A DNA stretch of 64,000 nucleotides from assembly GCA_965153455.1 (NCBI GenBank), contig OZ234493.1:1860001-1924000 (forward strand), in the 5' to 3' direction. Below are positions 40,701 through 53,320 of the stretch, piece by piece. This stretch comes from Sphagnum compactum (Eukaryota). The notes beneath the pieces were generated by a model that saw only the letters and a program-made list of their open reading frames with translations, had not been told where the DNA came from and made no database searches. Position numbers and translations under genes: made by a program. Positions within the stretch are counted from its first letter, which is position 1, and every line of letters begins with the position of its first letter.

Positions 40701-43700
40701 ATAACAAACATTGTTGCAAACTTTTCTAACATACTTTTATTCTTCAAGTGTAAAAAAAATTCCTTATTAATGAATGCAAAATTTATAACCAAATTGTGAA
40801 AACTAAATGTGGAAATTGCATTTTATTGCATTTGTGAGAATTACTATCTATGAGAACTAATTGAATATGAGAAAATAAAAATTTGATACCTTGGCCAACT
40901 CTTGTTAACCCCAACTTTTTTTAAAGAATTGATTTTTTTCTCATAACCCTATGTAAAGATTGGAACCATCCATTTATAAAAATTAAAAATTAAAAACCAC
41001 TCAACATTAGTCATGAAACTAGACCTATGTTTATGGAAAAAAACATTATCAGTGGCAATGAATATAATATTTATAAAGAAAATGAGTATAATGATTAATC
41101 ATAGGTCAAGATGAAAGTAAAAATCTTTATGTGGTCATGAAAACTATGGTTGAAACCCTAGGCTTGAATGTAGGAATTTATGGTGACATATCATGCATGT
41201 GGAGATTGACGAATGCCATTTATGACATGGTCTTTTAAATGTAACAAACTAGATATTCATTACATGTGGAATTTCAAACCTTGCGAAATAATTAATATGT
41301 TTATGTCATACCTTCTAGTTGATTTATATAAATTCATAATTTTATGTAATTGACATGGTTACAATTAGACAAATGTCCAATTACATTTGACCACAAGGTT
41401 GAAAATATCACAAAAATCAATCCCATTTGTTTGTTAACAACCCTTTGTTACTATTTTAGCTTTCAATTTTTCAATTTCACCATTAACATTAGTTTTAGCT
41501 CTAAAGATTGATTTAGTTTTTATAGAGGTGATACTTAGAGGAAGTTTAATAGCTAGCATCTAAGTGAAATTGCCAATAATGGATTCAATTTCTTCATGCA
41601 TGGCTTGGTCCCATTCAAAATGAATCAATGTTTCACAAGTGCTTGAAGGTTCTTATGTGAACTTGCCATACCAACAAAGGCATTGGGTCAAAACATGTTA
41701 ATAGGAATAAAAAATGGTGTTGGAAGTCTTGAAAATTTTCAAACTTAATAGATATATTTTTGTTTTGACATTTTAAATTTCTATTTTAAATCATTCCAAG
41801 TTGTGTTACATGACTAATATGAGTGTTGAGGAATTTAAATAAAAAATAATTAAATTAAATTTTGGGTTTTGGTTTTAGTAAAGGACTTTTGAACTTGAAC
41901 AATAGTTGCATCATAGATAATCAAGTTTGCAAAGGATTAGGGTAAAGGGACTATTTGAATATTAAAAATTGATAATAAAAAAGTTTGATGATAGTAACCT
42001 ATTACCCACATTCAAAAAACACTCACAATGTGAAAATTATGGAATCTGAAAGTTTTAGAAACTCAAAATATGTTTCGAAATCTCAAAATTTCAAGAATAT
42101 TTCACCACATGTAAATGGGATGTAATGTACATAACATATAAAACAAAGTTGTAACTTATATATGACACAAGAAATTGAAACTTAAAATATATGGTAACAT
42201 ATTTTGGTATGATTTGAAATTATGATAACTTTTCAAAATGAAATGTATAATCTAGAAAAATATGCACATTTATATTTATTTAAAAATGACTAACACAAAA
42301 CATGTGATATATTAAAGCAATTATATGTAATTATGATAACAAGTTACAAAAGATTTCATTCAAAAATTTCTTCATACGAAAAAGTGAAAATAATTAAAAT
42401 GATTAATAATCCTTTTATAAATTAATCCCATTGGCTCCTACTGGTGTGCTTTGACCCCATTATATTTAAAAGGAAACATTCAAGTGCTATTTGATCACTT
42501 GAAAGTTGGAGACAGATGTTAAACCTTGGGAGGGTTAAGGGTTATTTGTATTTGGTGTCTAAATGTTCATATGTAAATTATGACTAACCATCGTGAAGCA
42601 TATACTTTAGTTGCTTTGGTGTGTTAGGTGGTAAATCATTCATGTTACTATTGCAATCAAAAAATGATGGATGTGAATCATGAACAACTATTTCAAGTGT
42701 GCCTACGGAATGGCAACAACGCTTTTGAATAGAAACTTAATCTTTGTTGGAAAAGTACATCTATATTAACAATATCCCTACTTTCAATGTCAAATTACTT
42801 GTTTACTGATAATTGTTTCAATTGTGCATTTAAAGACTTTGTGCATTGCTAAAGTTTTTATTTAACTTATGGAACCCCTAACTCATGATTTGCATCATTA
42901 GTTGTGGTCAAGGAGTATCATGAACAAGAAAGGAAAGGAATTGGAAATGGGCCACACATGTCAACATGCAAAAGATTTGAGACCCTTGTTGCTTAAACTC
43001 CCTTGTATGAGGAGCACGCTTCTTGCTTTGTTTCCTTTCATGATAAACTTTACACAAACTTTCATCTAGTTTTAAGGTTTGCATGTTTTTTACCATTCCA
43101 TTCTTGGATAAAAATGCTAAACTTTATTGATTTAGGTGCATTAAAATATATTATTATTCTTGAACTAGGGGGTGAACAATGAAAAAACTCAATTTGGAAA
43201 AAAGATGTAAAGGTTTATATGTGGATTGTGGACATTTCTCCTTACAAAAATGTTGGGTCTTTTTATTATCAAACATTAAAATGAGTGAAAAGGAAGCATG
43301 TGACCTTGATAAGTTAAAGAGCTTATAGAAATAAAATTCTTGCACATTCCAAGACCATGCAAAACACACTACTACATATTGTGCCTTTTTGCGAAGCAAA
43401 ATCAACCTGTCATATTTGCGATGCGACACGCATCGCAACTTGTGGAGCACCACCCATCGCTTATTTATAATGTACCTTATTTCATCGCTGCACTTTTGCG
43501 ACATATACCACAAACAAAACTTTGCGACCCGTTCAGTCTCCGTCCACACTAGCGATATTCCACATTTCGCAACGTTTAATCATACTCAAAACATCGCACA
43601 TTTTACAATACACAAAGTATCGCTACAAACTTTGAGAGTCACAAGACATCGCAAGCTTGCGTTATTCGACGCCTCGCATTTTGCGTTTGAATATGTATCA

Positions 43701-44095
43701 CAAACCTCATCACAAATTTTTACAAAACTTTTCGGTGGTGGACATATTGCAAGTTGCGATGTGCGTTAGCTCGCACATTAGTGAAAGGGTTACTGGAAAA
43801 GGAAGTTTCGCAAAAGGTTTCGCAATGTCATCTGATTCCCAAAACGCCATAAAAAAAATAAAAAATATTTTAGACCAAATGGAAGCTATAAATCCACTTA
43901 ATCATTATTATAATCTATTTTGCCTTAGTAGACTGAGTGAAAATATCAGTAAAGTACGCATAGCAGTGCTCCTATTCTTAAAAATAAAATTACACAATGG
44001 AACAGAATAGGCAGAAAATGACAGAATGAACATTGTGCAGTAATATAGAACCACAAGCCTCAATGGCAATTTGCATAAAAATAATGAGTAGTACA

Positions 44096-47000
44096 TTATA
44101 CGTGGTCATCATGCACCTCAGAGGTTGTAAACACAACCTCTGGTTTCTCACCTAGAATAGAACGGGACCGTGGCACATATGTGACAACAAGTGACCACTC
44201 CTCTGGGTTTGGGGGATAAGGAAGATAAAAGCATTATTCTACATGACTGGGAAAAGTAAATGGCTCTGAAGTTTGCCAATGAGATGGCTGATAACTGGTG
44301 GCAGATGTCTTTAACCGTGTGTGTCCGCACTCATCTTGAACTACAGTGCAATTTACACCAACAAGGTTCACTTTAAACCACTTGCACTTAAACACATACT
44401 CTTCAAACTTTGAATGTGCATCATAAGATACCACCAAGATCTCTTCCAGCTTTCCATAATGTGGCACAATATCTTGAACAATATTCCTGTCATGCCGACT
44501 GCTTCTAGAGTCCTGAATGAATTGCCCTTGAACTCCACAGTCAAAGGTGCGGCCCCTCTTTTCATCCAAACTGAAAATCCTGAAATTAATATTGTGAGTC
44601 AACAATTTATATGATAATAGAAACTTCATGCCCATAAAAATCATCCTAGAACATTCTAAGAAACTTGTCTGGAATGTGAAGATGAGTTAATATGCCTAAT
44701 GAAATAGAAAAAATAAATACCTGAAATGTCTTCCTTGTGTCCACATTGCTGAACGTGTTGTGACAACTCTCAGTGGTCCATGAACAATGGTGCGAACATC
44801 ATCTGTGATCTCTGGAAAACATGCTATACTTTCTCCTTGTGCCAACAATTGATCCACTTCAGCCAACTTTTCTTTTATGTACTTATGAAACGTAGGAAAA
44901 ATCCTTGATCTCCCACTCATACTTTTGGCATTCTCATAGAAGTTCCTCCACTCTTCCATGACATTGCTATTATTCAACATGAATGTGGTTATCTGAATTA
45001 ACTCTGTAGGTAATAACATATGTGTTTTGATGGCACCAGTCAAACGGTCTTCCTCCTCTTCTCTTTCCTCCATCCAGACATGAGGACATGATGGATCTAT
45101 AGTGGCCAAGATGTTGGTGTAATAAAACATGCTCTCTGCTGCCAAATGTCCTGTTGCCATGCTTCCCTCCACTCGTGCATGGTTACGGACATAACCCTTT
45201 AATACTGCCATATATCTTTCAAGCCAATACATCCACCGACAATGCACAGGACCAGCAATGGCTATCTCATCCACAAGGTGAACTTGGAAATGCACTTGAC
45301 AATCAAAAAATGATGGAGGGAAGGCCTTTTCCAACTTGCATACCACCTCTGCTGCTATTACCCTCATTATTGGAATCTCCTCTACAAATAACTCCTTTGA
45401 ACATACCCATCTCAACAGATATCCCAGTGACCAAAGAGCATCTTGTACTTCTGCACTGGCTAAGCCTATTATTGCCACAGGCAATATGTGCTGCAATAAA
45501 CGATGATAGTCATGTGTCTTGAGATACCTTGGCCACTTGTGGTCATCGTCCCTACCAAAAGCTTTTTGAAGATTAGCTCCATAACCTGCAACAAGGATCC
45601 ATAAAATTATACAAAAGTATTCTAAACATCCAACAGATAGCATTCTATACTTCAAATTCTTTCTCCAGTATAAGGCATAAAGATTTAAATATAAATAAAA
45701 GCAACAGAATACCTTTGCCATCTAAATTCAACCCTTGCCATCAAAGTTCAAACCTGTAGGGAATCGCATCTCTCCTATGCGATTTCGAAAGTCTTTTCTT
45801 TCCTGTGTAGTAAGTGTCCATGGAGCTGATGGTCGCTGCTCAATACCTGTGTTAGGATCAATAGTAATCCACACATCGGGATGCCTCTCAAAATCCTCAC
45901 AGGCCTCCCTAAAGTTACTGTCCTTATCTCCATAGAGCTGTTTTATGATAGCCTTTCCCACATTTCCCTCAATGTGCATGGGGTCCAAGAGATGACGTAT
46001 TTTCAGCTCACCCCAGTAGGGCAAGCTGTTGAGTATACCCCACCTTGTCAATCCACTACCCTCAAACACCATAGAATCATTTGGTTCAATAACTCTATTG
46101 GCCACATCCCTCCAATATGCAAAAGTGGTAGCTTTTGGAATATCACGCTCATCACCATAAGGCATGTCAAAAGATGAAAATAAAAATGGGTCTGATCTCA
46201 TATCATGTCCCAGTGGAAGAAACTTTGTATGGCCAAGGTAAACAATTTTGCGAAGATGGCTTGAATATTTAGCCATGTCCTCCAAACTTGGGCCACATGT
46301 AGAGCAGGCCTTGTAGCCTTGAGTTTGCAGCCCACTTACAAAACCAAACCCTGATTGTAGAAGAACTGAATATTAGAACAACAAATAATCACAAAACAGA
46401 ATAATAAAAAAATATATAGAGGTATGTGCATGATTTCTTACCAGGATAATCATGCATTGTCCACATGCAGATTGCCCTCAACTTGAATACACGTGGTATT
46501 CCTCCAGTGGTCTTCCTCCCATCATATTGCCATACTCCATACCATAGCGTTTTGAGCTTATCAACCACCAGTGCTAAGTAGGTGTCTAGGTTTTTCACCT
46601 TACTTGGCCTTGGGATAATAAGAGAAAGCAGCAAAAATCCTTTTTTCATAGACAACCACGGAGGAAGGTTGTAATTCATGACAACAACTGGCCAAACAGA
46701 GGTAGGTCGTCCCTTTCCTCCAAGTGAATGTGGACTAACACCATCTGATGCTAACCCCAACCTCACATGCCTAGGGTCACGCTCAAACTCTGGCCATGAT
46801 GACTCCACATGCTTGTGAGCAGTAGAGTCAACCGGTAACCTCATAATACCAGGCTCTGATCGATGTTTCTTATGCCAAACCATTAATTCGGCCAAGTCTG
46901 TACATCGATACATGTGCAGCAAGCGAGGAATAATGGGAAACCACCTTACTGATTTCCTGGGCACCTTCTCTGTAAGCATGTGAGGATCATATCGAGCCTC

Positions 47001-48914
47001 TTCACATGTACTGCACTCCGTTAAATGGGCATTGTTCCCATGAAATAGCATGCAGTCATTAACACATGCATGGACAATTTGATACTCCATGCCTATAGAG
47101 GATAAGATCTTTTTAGCCTCCTTCCAAGATCCTGGCAAAACATTTTCCTTAGGCAGCAAAAGGCTATGACAATACTGGAAAATGTTTGACAACATAGTAT
47201 TGTTTGCCTTGTGTTTTGCTTGGATGTTTAACAACCCCAATAGGGCTGCTAAACGGCTTAACCTTGCACCTTGAAAAATAGGCGTTTGAACATGTGCCTC
47301 CGCCTCTTGCCACTGCCGTTGTCCCTGGGCAGTATGTTGATGACGTGGATCATCTGCATTGGCTCCTTCATCATGTGGGTTGCCAAACATATCATCAACT
47401 ATGTCAAGTCCAAACCAGTCAACCATGAAGTCATCCGTCGCTTGTTCTTGGTTTGCAGGCAGTGGTGCTTCCTGAACTGGTTGAAAGACACCTTCATCAT
47501 GAGCAGACAAGTCATTTGATGAAGAATGAGTTGATGAAGAGTCTGATTTGTGTGGCATGCCCATTTCCCGATATGTTGCTCTCAACCTCCGTGGCAGCAT
47601 GTCTTCAGAAGGCCGAATATTCTATGCAATACCAAATCCAGAAGATCTTAACTATATACAAAGCATAGTTGCATATTACATTATAAATAAAAAATGCCAA
47701 AATGCATGTATATAGATATGGTATGTTATGTCTTAAACAAAGTACATAGTTCAGAAATGGTGGAATCCTAATTCCAGTCATAGTGTGTAAACAACTCATC
47801 TCCTGATCTGATGGTACTAGTAGCTATAACCAGGCAATGGTCTTCATGATAAGTCTGGCCATATGGTGCTGGAGGAGGTCCCTCAACAAAAACCCACTCA
47901 CAATTAGCCCTACGCTTAGGCCGAGTCCCACCGTACTGTTGATGAAACCAGCAATGTTTCCAGAACGTATGGGGTCTCCATCTATCACCCTCCCATCACT
48001 ATGCCTCCTAGTGCTACCAGCAAATGTGTCCATATCAAGAGCAAAGGTCTTCCACTCAGGATGTTGTGTGAGGATCATGTTCCAATGTCTTCTCTTATAG
48101 ATAGGCCCACCATAAGGGAACAAAGTAGGACCCTCTCTACGACAACTAGCTGAATCCTCTACAATGATGTCCTCACAAGCATATACTCCATAGCCATGCC
48201 TCTCTCCAAGTGTAGAGGTCTTAACAATCCATCGTCTACCCCAAACCACAACCTCCTCATCATAGGGCAAACTATCAAGCAACCCAAGAACTGCAGGGTT
48301 CCATGACTGGATAATATTGGCACATTTGCCAGTGAACTCACACATACCCCATCTGCCCTCAACAATAGTCTTAGCATGACCCTCACTTGGACGTTGTGCT
48401 TTGGATCGCTGCCTAATGGAGGGCACACGTGGCCTTGCCTCATGATATGGCTTACTGGCCTCATGAGAGGTACCAATCCCTACAGCAAATGCATGCGAAA
48501 GTGCATTTCCTATGGCAGTTAAAACCCCTTGTGATAGAACATAGGGTGGTGGTGTCATACGGGAACCCTATTACATTCAAAAAACCACAACAAACCATGG
48601 AAGTGAAAATAGTTTCAAAGAGGATTTCATGAAAAGTAACATGTATCAAAGAGGAAAAATGACAATGGTAAAATGACACTTACCACATGAGATGAAGAAG
48701 CTCCTGGGGTAAGACCACGATGACGCCCAAATCGCTGAATGTGTTGAGCACAAACATATGACTTTTGTGAAATCTGACCAACACACTTGGTGCATTGGCA
48801 AAGCTGCCGAGGTGGACCATGAGAAGAATGAGACACCTCTGCCTGCGTATGAACTGATGTGCCTTCATTTGAGGAGGATGAGTCACTAATGGAGACAACG
48901 GAGGAGGAAGACAT
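44096..48914 (-). pseudogene. CACTA transposase (TnpD/Tnp2: transposase-associated Cys motif, Transposase_21, DUF4218, DUF4216-like)
   Basis: GT-AG exons 48914-48684, 47651-~46442, 46350-45754, 45585-44721 and 44579-44096 join in frame. Motifs: HACVNDCMLF, WFPIIPRL, RHVRLGLASDG, YNLPPW, TMHDYPG, LDPMHIEGN, KTHDYH, RWMYWLERYM, FKCKWF. Premature stops at 47622-47624 (TAG) and 44234-44236 (TAA). Confidence 0.92.
47768..48567 (-). pseudogene. SET-domain (protein lysine methyltransferase-like) exon within the CACTA element; one 1-nt frameshift
   Basis: VKTSTLGERHGYGVYACEDI (motif I), FPYGG (II), IDGDPIRSGNIAGFINS (III). After correcting a 1-nt deletion at ~47928 it continues RANCEW...LVIATSTIRSGDELFTHYDWN* (IV). 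AG acceptor at 48568-48569. Confidence 0.85.
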
Positions 48915-49642
48915 ATCATCTGTCACATTAATAAGGCACAAATGTAAGGCAAAGACCAGATTAGACTTTCAAAAATCATGTGATACAACAATATAAACCC
49001 TTGACTACTCATAAATTGAGACTACCTAAACCAAAAAGAAATGCATACCTGCATCCAATGTGGGTTCAACAATGCCTATAGGACTGGTTGCCCGAAACCC
49101 TTTGGCATATGCAAAAAAAACAACAAAATGTTAAAGCCAGAATAAATTAAAACTTTGCGAACCCATTGCGAATGCCCCACCATCGCATCCCTCTTCGCAT
49201 CTACATATGTTACTTAAACCAAAGCCCTAAACCCTTTAACTTCCTCCTACATTAACAAAGGCCCAGACTTTGCAACTCTTTAACTTTGCGAAACTAACAG
49301 CATTGCACGGCCTTCGGAAATGCGTCCATTAGTCATTTTTGAAACCCAGACTCCTTTGCGATAAATAGCGTATCGCAAGTTGCGATGCGGATTACATCGC
49401 AAGCCCTGAATTGCCGAAAGTCCTTAAGCTGGAACGAAATCCCTTGAAGGTGTAGTGAAATCTTTCTAGGGGTCTAGACTAGAGTAGGATGGCGAGTGAA
49501 TTTGAATTCATTCTTGGCATTGCTCGAGAAGTGTCGAAGGAAAGCTTGGGCAGAGAGGAGGTTGTGGATTGTAGTGGCTAGGACTGGTGGAGGGGGTTTT
49601 GGGTCTAGAGGAGGTGACAATAATGAGGAAAGGTTGAGGAAA

Positions 49643-51329
49643 ATGGTTGCTGATCACTTGAGAGCTTCAGAGCTATTTGCAATCGATACTAGGACACCTG
49701 AAGGGCTGGCATCCTTGACAGCCATCTTAGGTCAAGCATTGCAAGCAGGGCTGACTGCTGGGGAAGCACAAAGAAAGGAGGAGGCAAGGAAGGCTGCAGA
49801 AGCCAAGGCAGCAGAGAAGAAGAGAAAGAGAGATGGGGGAGCAACAACAGGAGCTCTCTCACCTAGAACTCTTGAGAAGAAAAGGAGGAAGGATGAGAAG
49901 GATGCCATCAGAAAGGAGAAGCTCGACCTGAAGAAGGAGGAGGAGAGGAAGAAGCTCCCTCTGATAACATTGGCAGAGGAGGGAATTCCAACCGAGCTGG
50001 CATACACTGGGGCCAAAAGCACCATTAGGCACATTGTCTCCACCAACTTTGCACGAGGAGTTGAGTGGGGCACTCTCTCAAAGGCAGAACAGAAGAGAGT
50101 GATAAATCAGGTCAAGGGAGCATTTCGAAATGGAGGAGAGCTTGATTCACAGTGGATTGCAGACAAGATCTCCAATTCAATGTCTCAAGCAAGATACCAT
50201 GACAGGATGAAAATTCGTGCTCACCTGAGAGACCTGAATGTGTACAAGAACTTGGAGAGGCCGCTTCAGTTCTCAGAAGACATCTGGAATGCCTTCTACC
50301 AGTCTGAGGTGTAGCTGAAAGCAGCAAGGCAGCTGAAGGAGATCACACAGCAACTAGCCAAGGCCAAGAAGGCAAGAGAGTTTGGGAGGTCTGACCGTGA
50401 CTTGAAGGCACTGGAGCTGAAGCTTGCTAAATGCCAATCAGTGGTGGACGAGGTTGGTGATCCACCATTGAAGTTCCTCAAGGCAACAGAGCGAGTGAAA
50501 CTGGTTCCACCCACCACCCACAGGCTAGGGCAAGGTGGCATTCCCGGCCTCAAAGCAGCATTTGTAAGTACCCTCCCTCTCCTCCATTTCTTTCCTGCAA
50601 AGATTCAAATAAAGTTGAGTTTCTATGGAGTCAAATAGGATTGTTTGCGATACCTCTACGATGCGAATTGCATCGCAAATATAGGTCAAATGGCGTTTGT
50701 TTCGCAAAGATACGATGGGATTTGTTTCACAAACTGCTTCGCAAGTTTCAGTATGCAAAGGTCTCCGCTTCGCAAAAGTGGTCGGAGACTTGAATAGATT
50801 CTTTATGCGTTTTTACTGACCTGTTGTATTGTGGGGACAGTATAAGAGGTATAAGAGGAAGATCACAGCTGCAGAAATGACAATGGGCCAGGAGCATGAC
50901 AAGGAGCATCTTTTTGAACATGTTGATGCACTATTGGTGAGTGGGTTTGGTTGGGATTCAATTTCTGTTTGTGTTGAGATTGTTTTCATTTGAATCAAGA
51001 TTTTCATTTATGGTGTTGACTAAACTTTGCATGTTGAAATGCAGGCGTCTGAGGGTGAGAGTGAGAGCTCCCAGGGCAGCAGTGATGAGGAGGAGAGAGG
51101 CGCTAGCACTGCTCCCAATGCTACCAGTAGCAGTGGACCTAGTTCATTTGCTAGTCGAAATGCAGGTTCTGCAAGGGGCAAAGATAAAGAGGATAGGGAG
51201 GAGGAGGAGGAGGAAGGGTAGGGGGACGATGAAGAGAAGGAGGAGGATGAGCAGCCTCCCCCTCCACCAGAGAACACTAGGAAGAAAGATTCAAGGAAGA
51301 AATCCAAGAGGGGAAGGAAGTCTAGATAG
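49643..51329 (+). pseudogene. CACTA ORF2, TnpA/Ptta (Transposase_24)-like protein
   Basis: Basic NLS-like tracts, RPLQFSEDIWNAF and THRLGQGG motifs; GT-AG introns at ~50564-50840 and ~50937-51044; acidic C-terminal tail. Premature TAGs at 50312-50314 and 51219-51221. Confidence 0.7.
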
Positions 51330-51628
51330 ACAGCTAGTGTGTTAGATACCCAAGGGTTGCAAACCCTTTTACATTGTAAATTTTGAAATTTTGATATAGA
51401 TATTTTTTTTTGCCTTCCAAAGTGACTCCAAATGAATATAAACCCTGCTTCCAAAATAAAAATACAATGCCATGCTCTTGCGATACACAGTGGATCTCAA
51501 AACCATTTGCGAGTCATAATTCTTCGCAACACTGCAAAAGCCAAAAGACCAAATATACCATGTCACAGACATCGCTACACTCTTACGGGTAAAATCATTC
51601 CAGAATAGGTTTGCGAAATCATAGATTT

Positions 51629-52052
51629 CGCAAACTTTAGCGGCATTTTGAGAATCCCAAAATGTTTGCGTTAGATCTTACATCGGAAACAGATAGACTT
51701 TTGAGTCGATTCACTAAGTCGTTGCGTTGATGGGTTTGTTGCAAATAGTTTCTGATGTAATGTTAATCACAAACTTTTAGCGGCATTTTGAGATCCTGAA
51801 ATGTTTGCGTTAGATCTTATATCGGAAACCGATAGACTTTTGAGTCGATTCGCTAAGTCATTGCGGTGATGGGTTTGTTGCAAATAATTTCCAATGTAAT
51901 GTTAATCGCAAACTTTTAGCGGCATTTTGAGAATCCCGAAATGTTTGCGTTAGATCTTATATTGGAAACCGATAGACTTTTGAGTCGATTCACTAAGTCG
52001 TTGCGGTGATGGGTTTGTTGCAAATAGTTTCCGATGTAGTGTTAATCACAAA
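51629..52052. repeat. Three tandem copies of a ~139-140-bp unit in the CACTA right subterminal region
   Basis: caaactttagcggcattttgaga...gatagacttttgagtcgattc...gttaatc repeated at ~51630, ~51770 and ~51908. Confidence 0.9.
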
Positions 52053-52989
52053 CAATGTATAGAAGCAGTTATAATCGAAAATGTTTTGCGATTTTATCAA
52101 GTTCGGGAGTTGTGAAGGACTTGCGATGGTACGGGTGCGAATGTTATGGTATCGCAAAAGGTTAAGAGTTTGCGAGGAATTATGGTTCACAACAGCGGGC
52201 TTTCGGAAATTTCTTTCTTTGTTGTTTGCGATGATATTTGGATCGCAAAATAGCCCCCTGTTGTTGTAGTGACATCTTTGATTTGCTTTGTTTCTTTCCA
52301 AGAAACATGAAGTTCAACATTTCTTTTATTTTGGATGTCATGAGCCTCCCCTCCCATCACTATAACTATGGATGACGAGTGAATTGTTCATTCACCTTAA
52401 ATGAACAAGGTTTGGTTTCCTGGACATGGTAACTAACACTAGAGTCCATGGTAGCACATTCACTATTTAAGCTATATGTTAAAAGAATTTAATATACTGC
52501 ATATGAACTTGGTTACACCATCAAGATTGCACGACAAAAATTGAATAGTACAAAACTTGTGCTACATTGTTCCAATCTTTGATATCATGTTGAAATGAAT
52601 TGTCTTACTAATTAAAATTGTTTAATTAGTTACTCCTATGTATATGGACCTCACTTAAAAAGTCAAATATTTTACAAAATAGATAATTGTTAATTGATTG
52701 TAATAGCCAAAACAACATAATTATTTGATGTTTAAACTAATATTGTACTATAGCTTAGGAAAGGTCCAAGCCTATAGATGTTAATTTTTGAATTCAATCC
52801 TTATAATCACATAGGTAGGTTGTACAATTAAAGTCCCATGTGCGATCATAGTCAAACGAGCCAAAAACCATGTTGGATGATCGAAAAATTGTCAAATTTT
52901 TCAAATATATTTATGTAATGCCATTTTAATGTCATGTTGATTAAGGAAATTTGTGCTAAATGATTTATATGAATTTTTAAAAATTCAAA

Positions 52990-53320
52990 ATATCATTTTA
53001 GAAATTTCAAATTTCAAGAATCACTTGCTAGATGTAAATGGGTCCTAATGTGTATGCCATATAAACAAAGTTTTGGCTTTTGATACAAAAAACTAAAGTT
53101 TAAAATAATTATCATATTTTAGCATGATTTGAAATTATGATCAATTTTCAAGACGAAACATAGAATCTGGAAAGTTGTGTACACTTTTAAAAAATTCATA
53201 TTTGTTCAAAAAGAGTTCACACAAGTAATATAATTTATTGGGGGACTTGTCAATATTTTTAAAATATGTTGCAAAAACAATCCTTCAAAAAATCCTTCTA
53301 TGAAAAAGTCAACATATTAA
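52990..53320 (+). repeat. Dispersed repeat, diverged copy of 42060-42390
   Basis: Shared blocks aatttcaagaat...atgtaaatggg...aaacaaagtt...atgatttgaaattatgat. Confidence 0.55.

Larger units (their letters stand above)
43367..52271. mobile_element. Full-length CACTA (En/Spm) DNA transposon, 8905 bp, carrying a SET domain
   Basis: Left end CACTACTACA, right end TGTTGTAGTG, exact 3-bp TSD ACA on both sides; dense ttgcga/tcgcaa subterminal motifs; Tnp2-family transposase inside. Confidence 0.95.
42850..52560 (-). mobile_element. Degenerate Copia fragment (PR, pre-integrase, IN start) split by the CACTA insertion
   Basis: MDSSVSYH protease motif (~52425-52450); LCKVYHERKQSKK and LHVDMCGPF (42940-43060). 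Copia sequence occupies 42850-43366 and 52272-52560. Confidence 0.65.

Noticed and set aside
43154-44096. ORFs in the CACTA left subterminal region
   Set aside because: They overlap the subterminal motif array and transposase 3' region and show no domain similarity.
47824-47926. ORF-track C-terminus LGLSVGLIVSGFLL... as a transmembrane tail on the SET protein
   Set aside because: It is an out-of-frame artefact of the 1-nt deletion; the alternative frame gives the canonical SET motif IV.
42060-53320. Direct repeats at ~42060 and ~52990 as the LTR pair of the minus-strand Copia
   Set aside because: No TG...CA ends, PBS or PPT were found and the copies are strongly diverged; more likely a dispersed repeat family.
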